The notes under the pieces are model-generated. The model ran no database searches. It saw only the letters and a list, made by a program, of their open reading frames with translations, and was not told the DNA's origin. 32,000 nt of DNA from Bigelowiella natans nucleomorph (Eukaryota > Protista > Cercozoa). The position numbers and the translations under genes are program-made. Shown one piece after another: positions 1-12,071 of this stretch. Numbering within the stretch: position 1 is the stretch's first letter; every line of letters starts with the position of its first letter. The stretch lies in contig DQ158856.1 of assembly GCA_000002455.1 (NCBI GenBank), positions 30,001-62,000 of the forward strand, given 5' to 3'.

Positions 1-1510
1 TATCATATAGTTTAAAAGAATGATTCAAATAGGTTAATTTCTTTCAATTTAGTATTATACCTTTAGATGAAAAGAACTACGGTTATTAGTGTCTAGACAA
101 ATAACATAATGACATTTGATATTTTTAAAAATGTCATTATGACTCAAATTACGGTAATCTTGTGAATTTTTGATTAGTATGAAATTAAAATTATATTTGA
201 TTGTTATAAGTAAATTATTATCTAGAAAATCGATCTTTTTATGTTCTATTATCTTTTAATGTTAAAAGTACTTCATTAAGGATTCTACTTGTCATATGGT
301 CAAAAGCATTATTTTTTATGATGATGATTCCTTTGTTTATAAGAAGAAAACAACCTATCATTGAATGAAATAAAGAATTAGAAGATAAACGATCAAATTT
401 AAATAAATCTATAGATTTAAGGAAAGAAAATTTATCAATAAAAGCTCCATTTTTAGCATAATAAACTAGTCTTCTTAATAGTTGGTTTTTTAAAAATATA
501 TCATTACTATCAATCAATATTTTAAAGTTTCTAAAATTTAAATGCTTTGTTTCTAAAATTTTAAATTTAGTATGAATTAAAACTAGAAAAAGTAATATTT
601 TAGACCAATATGGAATTGTCAAGCTTTCAAAAATGCAATTAGAATATTTATTATTTCCCAAATTATAAAAAAACAATTTTCCTAACATTCTTGGTTTTAT
701 ATAAGTGCGGTTAGGTCTGTAAAATTCTAATGATATTTTTAAACTCATAAATTTTAATTTATAAAATAGTTTTATGTTTGATTTGTTTGGATAAATTAAA
801 ACAGAACTGAATCCTAGAGCCATGATTACGTCATTAGGAATCACGTTTTCAATAAGTGCATTTTCGATAAAAGTATCAACTAAGAAACATCTACTAGTGA
901 GTTTATATTTATCATCCGAATATAGAACTACTAAATTACTATTATTTGAAAATTGACTGAATCCAAGTTGAATATTTTCGGAATTAAAATAGTTGGGTTT
1001 TTCTAGCATGGATCTATTTTCATAAAAGATATCATGTTCTTGCTCCTCAAATAAGTTAATTTTTTTATTATAATTAACAATTTTATCAATATTTACAATA
1101 TTAGTGATGATACTGATTACAGTTCCTTTTAAATAGATAAGACGACCAGAAAAAAAGTCATTTAAAAATAAATTATATTTAAAATATCGAATAAAAGGGA
1201 TATGATAATTTATAATAGTTTTATTATTCATTAAAGTATCTTTTTCAATGCTTGAAAATCTTGATAGAAATTGTAAAATTTGTTTTTGAATTTCTTTATT
1301 GAATACTGTGGGATTAAGAATAAAAATCTTAATAATATCATTATTAAAAATTTTTTTAGAAAAATATATGTTAAACATAGCTTTTTTTTTAAAATAAGCT
1401 AACTTTTTTGTCAATTTCTTTTCTATTGAATCGTCTATAAAGAGTTGGCATATAAAAGTTTTGAAGAATGCTTTTAGTTTATGAAAATTGTTTTTGACGT
1501 TCATTGTCAT
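1..1510 (-). CDS. Highly divergent MCM-family replicative helicase subunit (3' end runs off the window)
   Basis: The 425-aa ORF has GRLIYLKGTVISI (OB fold), FKILIDSNDIFLKNQLLRRLVYYAKNG (aligns to ILLxGDPxxAKSQLL) and IGCFLLINKGIIIIKNNAFDHM (aligns to GALVLADxGxCCIDEFDKM). Removing a 19-nt intron at 253-271 continues the frame as NE|IIEHKKIDF, matching HEAMEQQTI. The specific subunit cannot be assigned. Confidence 0.65.
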
Positions 1511-1539
1511 AGTCAAATAATAAAAATTGTTATTAGTAA

Positions 1540-2300
1540 ATGATTGTTAAAATTTATTTAAAGGGTATTGAAAATTTTGGAAATTATATAACAATAACAG
1601 ATAAGATATGCATTTTTTCTGAAGATGTCTGTAAGAATATTGTTCTATTTAATAAAATAGGTTCTATCATCTAATAAAATTTGGAAGAAACTAAAAATGA
1701 TACCCTTTAGGAGTTATGATCAAAATTTTATAGGAAATATGATTTTAGGTGAAATTTTTCATTATAGGGAATACGAATGGATTGATAATATCAAACTTTT
1801 TTTCAGACTATAGTTTCATGTTTTTTTAAAGAACTAAGATATTTAATCAAAAACTCTTGGGATGATATAAAAATACTCAGACTCGATGATAATCGAAATA
1901 ATCCAGGATCTTTTATGACAGTGAGTAACTTTCATACTATTTTAGGAAGAAATTTGCAAAAAGTAATTTTTAAGAGATTAGAAAACTATTCAGAAAATTA
2001 AAAGTTATTTAAAAACTTCAGTTTATCTGTATGAAAACAATTTTTTCACTATAAATAAATTCAACTTTATGATTTTTGAAAATTCTTGTTTAGTATAGAT
2101 TTTTTTTAAAGATTTCTCCTGTTTATTTGGAATATTATCTACAAACTAAAAAACCAGTCGAACTTCCTTTATATTGTACCACTGTTTCTAATGGATGTAA
2201 TTATCCTGGGTTAGCTTTGTTATTTAATAAAAATATATGTTTATTGAATTCGTCAACAAATAATAATGAATTGAAAGTAATTAACAAATTCATTAATTAA
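1540..2300 (+). CDS. eif6: Translation initiation factor eIF6 (divergent); absent from the ORF track
   Basis: Five 19-nt GT-AG introns (1642-1660, 1749-1767, 1813-1831, 1963-1981, 2093-2111) give one frame: MIVKIYLKGIENFGNYITITDKICIF...FIGNMILGNTNGLII...LPLYCTTVSNGCNYPGLALLFN...STNNNELKVINKF*. This is colinear with eIF6 (IIGRMCVGNRHGLLV; VPLVAGTVNRG; TTSTELSVVESVF). Confidence 0.85.
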
Positions 2301-2359
2301 AGAGTTATTTTTAAATGATTTTGTAATTAGGTATATACCGCCAGCTAAAGAAACTCATT

Positions 2360-4446
<2,087 letters not shown>

Positions 4447-4462
4447 AGTTAAAGCAATCAAT

Positions 4463-4534
4463 TTTCGGAGCCAGGTAACGATCCTGGGACCATTGGGTTA
4501 TGAGCCCATTGCTCTACCACTGAGCTACTCCGAA
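4463..4534 (-). tRNA. trnM: tRNA-Met(CAT), initiator type
   Basis: Cloverleaf with acceptor stem TTCGGAG/CTCCGAA, D-arm GCTC-AGTGGTA-GAGC, anticodon arm ATGGG-CTCATAA-CCCAA (three consecutive G-C pairs) and T-arm CCAGG-ATCGTTA-CCTGG with A54/A60. Confidence 0.93.
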
Positions 4535-4694
4535 TGTGAGGAAGTAGCCATTAATCATTTATGATTTTAAAATATCTTTTTAAATAAATAGATATTTGTC
4601 ATAGTAAAAAGGTTATTTCTTTTTATATAAATAATAAAATTAAAGATAAAAGGTTGAGAACTACAAAGTTTTTAAATATTAAAACCATATATGT

Positions 4695-5449
4695 TTAGTT
4701 ATTTTTAGAAGTAAAGATTTCGTCAATTATTCCTATTTCAAGTGCTTCTTTAGAATTAAAATAACGTTTGCTTTGAAGAAGACTATTATTATAATGTAGG
4801 CTATAATTAAATTTTTCTTTCATATAGTTTATAAAAGTATTAAATTCTATTATTGAATTAGATAAGTTAGACAAACTTCTAGTGCTACTGTATAAAAAAG
4901 GAGTTTCAAATGAAAAGCTTGAGTTCTCAAGAGCTATTCTATTTTTATTTGAGATACCTTTTGTTTGTAGAAGAAGTCAAGAATAAGAATAAAGCAGTTC
5001 CAAAAGACTTTCCTATTACGATGGAATTTGTTTGATAAGAATTAAATTCAATTAGGTCAATTAAAGTTAGATAACTTCCAAAAATATTGTTAATATCGGT
5101 GTAAGAACTGTGAGAACCATAAGAGTTAATGATAAAATTTATATATTTTTTCGACTTTTTATTATTTTGCCATAGTAATTGACAGAATAATAATTCTATT
5201 GTAATTTCTGTAAGCTATTAGATTCTATGATACCGGCATCCCTATAAATATGATAGAGTTCTCAAAAAGAAACGAGGGAACGTCGGGGGCATTAGCTACA
5301 CTAGGAGAGTATAAAACACTAGTTTTTCTTTTTACCAAATTATAAAATTTTTTGTCATTATTTATAGAAATATTTCGAAAAATTAGTGGCTTCTTTATAA
5401 TTGAAATATTTTTCTGACTCCTAGAGATTGTTTTGGTCGAGAGCATCAT
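4695..5449 (-). CDS. clpP: Plastid-targeted Clp protease subunit, ClpR-type (non-catalytic ClpP paralogue)
   Basis: A basic Ser/Lys-rich N-terminal extension is followed by APDVPSFLFENSIIFIGMP|LTEITIELLFCQLLW...FIINSYG...KR|IALENS...RYFNSKEALEIGIIDEI. Introns of 19 nt at 5215-5233 and 4939-4957. Confidence 0.85.
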
Positions 5450-5512
5450 TTAATGGTTAATTAGTTATAATTAGTTTTAATATTTTCTCCGTGGAATCTG
5501 TTTACTATATTC

Positions 5513-6440
5513 TTACTGTCTGGATAAGTTTTTAAATTTGTTTTTCAGCCTAGCGGGATTAGTTATTTTTTTAACATCAAATATTTTAGCGAGATTCACT
5601 GTTATTTGATCGAATGGTTTTAATTTGACTATTTTTGACTTTAAATATTCTAGATTTGGAGATGCTTTTAGTTTGTTAGCATTAAAAATAGATATGGATT
5701 TAGATCTATTTTTTTCTATGCTTTTGCTTGTAAAGATTTTTTTAAATTTTAAAATTCTATTTTTATCTTTTAGTAGATATAAAATTAAACCGTTATTCAT
5801 AAATTTTTTATTTTTATTATAATTAGGATAATTAGAAAAAATTCTAAAATTGTGTAAACTTCTAATTTTTAGATGATTGCGTAAACAAGTAATATTATTA
5901 GAAAATTTAATTTTGATCTTTATTAACTTTTTATCTTTGAAGATTCTTTGTTCCCTTTTTTTGCACATTCACAAAAATTTATATGTTTATCGCTAGTACT
6001 ATTTGTTTAATTTATTACTCCAGTACAAAATAATTACTCAAATATGTTATCTCCCAAGAAATTACATGTAAAAAGGTATAATAAAAGCAATAGAATTTTA
6101 TATGTTAGAAATTTACCAGTCGACGTTTCTTTAGAAGAAGTACAATTAAAATTTATAGTTGGTAACTTTATTTGAAAGATTTGGAGAAATTTATCAAATT
6201 CGAATGTATAAGTATTAATTAAAGAGGTATCCAAAAAGAGACCCACGGGACAGCTTTTATAATTTTTAAGAATTTTTATGATAAGAATTTTGTATCTAAT
6301 AACATATCTGGTTTGACTGTTAGGAACAAATATATTATAGTATTAATCTTTTTCGTTACAATTTAATAAGGTAAAATAATAATTGAGACCTTTGATTACT
6401 TATGATATCTAATAAGTTAAAAAATAGTTATTTAACTCAT
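5513..6440 (-). CDS. Hypothetical protein (multi-exon, boundaries uncertain)
   Basis: Consecutive minus-strand open stretches (6034 to ~6340, and 5513-5968) fill the gap between the Clp and DEAH genes. No recognisable motif; exon junctions unresolved. Confidence 0.35.
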
Positions 6441-6498
6441 CAAAAAGTTTATTAATTAAATAAAGGTAAAAGAAAAACCTGAATTAAGCACAGATTCT

Positions 6499-8465
6499 AT
6501 GAGTCTACCTATTGAGGAAATAAGAAAAGTTTTAGTACCATTTCTTCTAAATAATAAAGTAGTAATATTGAATTTAGGTTTTAATAATTTATGGAGAAAC
6601 TGGGTCTGGAAAGTCAACACAAATACCTCAAATTTTGTTAAGATCGGATAATTATTCAAATAGCTATATTTGTTGTACACAACCTAGAAGAATAGCAGCC
6701 GTTAGCTTAGCCTTAAGGGTTTCTAATGAGCTAAAATCAGAAATTGGTTGTCTTGTTGGATTTTCCATAAGATTTGAGGACAACGTTTCTTCTAACACTA
6801 GAATAAAATATTGCACTGATGGTATTTTATTAAAAGAATTATCACTTAACCCTGTATTAATAGAATATTCACATATCATAATAGACGAAGCCCATGAAAG
6901 AACATTAAATACAGATATACTACTAGGTTTATCAAAATCAATTATGAAAAAAAATAAGAAAATAACATTTATAATAACTTCAGCAACTATAGATATTAAA
7001 AAATTTTCTTGGTTCTTGAACAGATGCCCGATTTTCACAATTCCTGGAAAGAAATTTCGAGTTTCTATATTATTTATAAAAAAATTAAATTTCGAGTATT
7101 TAAAAATGGCAATACAAGCTATAATTTATGTATCACATCAATAAATAGATCCATAAAAAAGAAAAACTTGGAGATATATTAGTTTTTCTGACAGGTAAAT
7201 CTGATATAGAATTTATTGAGAATTATTTTGAGAAAAATATTCATAAAGTCAATAATCAATCCAAACTTCGACTAAAAGTCTTAAAAATATTCAGTAATCT
7301 TCCTGTTTCCAAGCAGGTTACTCTTTTCTTATTAGTCGTTAATTTTTAAAAAGCATGCCATTAATTCAAGACGATGCATACTTTCGACTAATATAACTGA
7401 AACTTCATTAACAATCCCTAGTATTAGGTACGTGATAGATTCTGGTTATGTAAAGAGTAAATTTTATGATCCTAAAGCGAATTCGGAAAATCTTCTAATA
7501 GTGCCTATATCAAAATCGTCAGCGGATCAACGGGCTGGTAGATCTGGAAGAGTATCTGATGGTAAGTGTTTTAGATTATATACTGAGTATGTTTATAACA
7601 ATGAGATGAGAAAATCTAATATTCCAGAAATCAAAAGGTCAAATTTATTGAATACAATTTTGATATTGAAAACATTAGGTTATGTAAATGTGATGAGTTT
7701 TGATTTCATTGATAAACCATCTATATTTGCAATAGGAAAAGCTCTAGAAGAAGTAACGCGGTTATTAATAGCTATTTATGTTAAAAGCTTTAAATAAAAA
7801 AGGAGAACTTACAAATTCTGGTCGTTTGATGTCCTTATTCCCAATCGACCCGAAGCTTAGTAGAGTTTTACTGGTATCAATAACATTTTTTGTACCTATC
7901 GAAATAGCTATCATAATAGGAATTATTTCGAATTCTTCGAATTTGTTTCATGAAAAGTAATTTTATAAAGATAGAAATCTTGTATCATTAAAAAATGAAA
8001 CTAAATACTTTAATAGTTTATATGGAGATCATGTAACATATTTGAATATTTATAAAGAATGGTTAAAAAATAACAGTAGCCGTGAATGGTGTGTACAAAA
8101 TGCTCTGAATTACTTGTATTTAGCTAATTCTAAAAAAATTTGCAAACAATTATTGTTTTTGATTAAGAAACTTGATATTAAAATTATTTGTAAAGGATCA
8201 AATTATACAAATATTTGTAAATCATTTACAAAAGGTTTCAGTAAAAATATTGCTAGGTATAAAATAACTTTTTAGAAAAGCTAAGAATGAATATTATAAA
8301 ATTATTTATGAAAAAACATTATATAAATTGCATCCCAAAAGTTCACTGTTAGGTACTAAACCAAATTGGATTGTTTTTGAAACAATAATCAATATAAGTG
8401 GAGAATATTTATACAATGTATCAAAAACAAAGCCAGAATGGTCAGAATATTTAAATAGAAATTAA
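6499..8465 (+). CDS. Spliceosomal DEAH-box helicase, Prp22/Prp2-like, core only
   Basis: Motifs GETGSGKSTQIPQ, TQPRR, DEAH, SAT, QRAGRSGR, LYTE..EM..NIPEI and SFDFID. Introns at 6559-6577, 7130-7148, 7317-7335, 7753-7771, 7957-7974 and 8257-8275. Closest by eye to Prp22, but the paralogue is not certain. Confidence 0.88.
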
Positions 8466-8477
8466 TTAATTGTTACA

Positions 8478-8772
8478 TTAAATTAAGTTAATCTTTTTTT
8501 TAATATATGATCTTCCGCATCTACCACATGAATTTCGATTTGAATGATTTGCTAAAAAGCAAGAGTAAAAGCAACTTTTATTTCGGCAGATCTCATTAAC
8601 TTGTAATCCATTAGAGTTGATCTATAATAAAATAAAGAACCTTTATTATATTAAGAATGCTACATTTTACTTTTTTTCTAATATGTGATATTTTTTTTGG
8701 CGTGTTGGGAATTTTTTTTTTCTTTTTTTTCTTTTTTCCTCCTCTAAGAGTGTACAAAGATAAAGTTCTCAT
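8478..8772 (-). CDS. rps27A: 40S ribosomal protein S27a (eS31) with vestigial ubiquitin tail
   Basis: MRTLSLYTLRGG-KKKKKKKKIPNTPKKISHIRKKVK...IK|INSNG...CRNKSC..FLANHSNRNSCGRC (zinc finger). One 19-nt intron at 8622-8640. Confidence 0.88.
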
Positions 8773-8835
8773 AGAAGTATCATTTATATACTGGAATAAA
8801 AAAATGATCACATTTATAAAATACTTTTTAAATCA

Positions 8836-9266
8836 ATGAAAAAAGCTTATTCTTTTAAATCTGTGTTTGATTATTTTACTATTTATAGATCAAGTAAAAT
8901 TGGAATATCTTTAATTAGTGTTTTAATAGAACTTTATAAAAAAAGAAAAATTAGAACAGCATTGATCTTTAGAATTTTAAATATGGTAAAATATTTTATT
9001 TTTAGTATGATCAAGTAGTATGTTAATTTTAGTATATAAACTTTTTATTAAAAAAAAAGGTTTGCAACACAGCTAAAATTAAGGGAGTAGTAGAAGAATA
9101 TTCTAATATAGATAAAGTATAAAATGGATTATAGATATGGTATTTAACGAGTTTAGATTTTAAGTTTAAAACAGGATTAACGATTCAAAGAAAAAAAGTT
9201 AGATATCTTTCTCATATTAACATATCTAGGGAAAAGTGTTACGTAATGTTGATTGAAAAAACATGA
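8836..9266 (+). CDS. toa2: Transcription initiation factor IIA gamma subunit (TOA2)
   Basis: YRSSKIGISLISVLIEL...ILNM|YDQ|YINFLLKKKV.N.AKIKG..EEYSNIDK|IWYL aligns to YRNTTLGNSLQESLDEL...FDKAIN...RGSLNTYRFCDNVWTF. Introns at 8986-9005 (20 nt), 9015-9032 (18 nt) and 9117-9134 (18 nt). Confidence 0.8.
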
Positions 9267-9323
9267 GGTCATCGTGGTAACATCTTTTTTAATTTACAGT
9301 ATAAAAAAGATTGGATATACTAG

Positions 9324-9579
9324 ATGAAGAAATTTTGTAACCCTAAGCCTTTCTTAAAAAATTTAGTTGGAGAAAAAATTACTATTTATGTAATACTTAA
9401 AGACTATTCGTTCAATGGTATTCTAGTATCCTTTGATTCTTGGATGAATATTCAGGTAATTTTCTATAAATAAGATGTTTAATACTAATGAAAGTATTAA
9501 AGGAATGAATATCGGTCCAATTGGTGAAATATTCTTGAAATGTTCTTGTATTCAAACAATTGAGCCAAATTTGAGTTAA
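9324..9579 (+). CDS. snrpF: Small nuclear ribonucleoprotein SmF
   Basis: NPKPFLKNLVG...GILVSFDSWMNIQ|MFNTNESIKG..IGEIFLKC (Sm1 and Sm2 motifs plus the SmF-type NPKPFL). One 19-nt intron at 9456-9474. Confidence 0.9.
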
Positions 9580-9696
9580 TTATAAATAATAAACTATGTA
9601 AATAGTGTTGTAAAATAAAATATATTAAATTATTTTAATAAAACACTAATTTAGATTTGGAATGATAAATATATACTATTTTATTATCCTTTATAA

Positions 9697-11452
9697 CTAG
9701 ATTTCATTAGTTTTTAATAAATTATATTTAGAAAGTAAATTGAAATAATTTAAGTGTATCTCTTTCTTTAAAGACAAGTTAAAGATAGTATAATTAACAT
9801 TGCTTTTAAATTTTATGACTGAGGAAAACCCATCGCAATCACTTCTTGAACTTTTTAAATAAAAGTATAGAGTCGAAGAAATAAGAGTCGAAAAAATATG
9901 GATTTTACAATATGTACTAGACCAATCAATATATTTACTCGTTTTATTACAGACAGCAGAAGAGAAAATTTTTGTTTTTGGAAAAAGAGTAGGCTTTAGA
10001 TAGCTACCCTTTTGGAAGTGTGAAATTTTTTTTTTATTTTCCAAGCAATGGTGAGCATTTCTAAATAAAAATGTTTTATTTTTAAATAAAATTGTATATT
10101 TAAATCCAAATGAAAAATAGGTAGATATGTTAGAGCAAAAGTAAAGACTTAAACTATAGGATTTTTTTATTTCATGGCAAATGCTTGAATAATTGGCAAT
10201 TTTTTTAAATAACTTTGTACTTGATTTAATTTTTGATACATAACTACCTATTCCGATCAGTTGTGTATTAAATAGCTCTAATTTTTTAATAATCACAAAT
10301 TTATAATCTACTTTATTTTTTATTCGGATGAAAAAATAATTTTTGCTTTTTTTGTTAAATTTTTCTTTTATTACTAAATTCATATTTGTCAAAAAATAAG
10401 ATATTAGCAAGACTATAATGATTCTATTATAAATGGGATCAACTTAAATGCGTTTGAGACCAGTAAAACTAAGTCTAAAGAACAAACGGGTTTATTATAT
10501 AAATTAAACTTATGAATTTGATAAAGACTTATAGACGAAAGTGGTTGTGAAGAAGTAATGGAACCTTCTATATAATGATTATATTTCCAGTTTAAAAGTA
10601 ATTTTTTAAAATAAATGTCTAAAGTGAAGGATTTAACTTTTATCTAGACTTAGAAAAGAATTTCTATTAGCTCTTTTTTTTATGATCAGTAAGATTACGA
10701 TTTTATTTTTATAGGATTCATAATTGCGTTTCTATTCAGACAAAGAATACCTTTAATCTAATTATTCCAATATCGTTTAGTAAAATAAACTTGGTATCAA
10801 ATGAAATTTTATTAAACAGGATTCCTGTTAATATAAATTTATAATGAGAATCTGATAATGTTTTTTGAGTATAACACTATAAAGATGATAAAACTTTTAT
10901 CTTGTTAAGAATAAATAATTTCGTATTTAAATATTTAGTTTTTGTATCTTTAGAAAATTTTAAGATATTTAAAAAATAGATAATATCATCAAGTTTAAAT
11001 TTTTGATATAGCTTTAATTGTATTGATATTGAATTTGTTTCGATACCATAATGGATTTTTGTAAATTTTTCTATTTGTTTTAAATTCTTCTTTATTACAT
11101 CCTCGGTGAAATTTTCTTCAACTAAGCAAATGTAATTTATTTGTTTGATTCCAAACTCCTATTTTATTATTTATGACTTTGCATTCGAATAAAAACTGGT
11201 ATAATCCGAAAGAGATATTTTCATTTGGTGGAAGAAGTAAAAAAATAAAATCACAGTATTTTAATAAGTTCAAGTCTAAATCTATAAGAGTAGTTTGGAA
11301 AAAAACCACATTGTTAGTTTTTTTTTTTATTAATTTTTTTATAATTTTAATAACTTTCTTTATTGCTTTTAAATTCATATCATTCTCATAAAATTTGCTT
11401 TACTTGTTGATAGTTGATAAAAAATATTGTTCTTATTTTTTTCGTCACCCAT
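9697..11452 (-). CDS. Reduced BMS1-like (BMS1/TSR1 family) ribosome biogenesis factor
   Basis: LNLLKYCDFIFLLL...YQFLFECKV..KIGV resembles BMS1 IDLAKVADLVLMLI...FEFLNICQV..KIMGV. QIHKFNLYNKPVCSLD resembles RLKKHRWYKKILKSRD. QLIGIGSYV...TKLFKK resembles RIAATGVV...KIVKK. The 5' end and several junctions are unresolved. Confidence 0.5.
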
Positions 11453-11727
11453 TGTTGAGTACATCTCTAATAAAAATTGAAAAATATCTCTCTGGAGTTG
11501 AAATTCCTAGGTTAATTTATTGTTAATTTAGCTTCTAACTACTTTTCTATGTATTTAATAGTATTATTCTATTAAAAGTCTTAAATAATTATTGAAGTAC
11601 AGAAATTCAATTTAAATATACTAATTGATTTTAAAACTACTAGTATTAAAAAGGTAATATTATTGAGTCTAATCAAAACTACAGTTATAACAATGATCTA
11701 ATACCTATTTTTTTATAAGAGAAATAT

Positions 11728-11944
11728 ATGTTGATACCTATAAGATGTTTTTCATGTGGAAAAGTAATTGCAGGTAGTTGGTTAGAATATCTTGAGCTAA
11801 TTAAAATAGGCTTTTCAGAAGGGTAGACATTATTTTTTTAGTGAATCATTAGATGCTTTAAGAATGAATAGATATTGTTGTAGAAGAATGTTATTATCGC
11901 ATGTGGATATTATTGAAAAGTTGCTTAATTATAACTTACTTTAA
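11728..11944 (+). CDS. rpb10: RNA polymerase I/II/III common subunit Rpb10
   Basis: [14 protein letters not shown]...EG|[30 protein letters not shown]. One 19-nt intron at 11823-11841. Confidence 0.96.
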
Positions 11945-12071
11945 TTGAATTCTAATATTTCTGATAAGGAGCTAAAATAGCTATATTTTTTTTAGATCTT
12001 ATTTCTGCTTATTATGATATTTGTAGTACAATATAGTATGAATTAGTCATGTTATAATTTTAATAAAACTA

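Noticed and set aside
11432-11448. Possible 17-nt intron (GTGACGAAAAAAATAAG) extending the BMS1-like gene
   Set aside because: The upstream frame hits a stop with no start codon or plausible intron, and no homology supports it.
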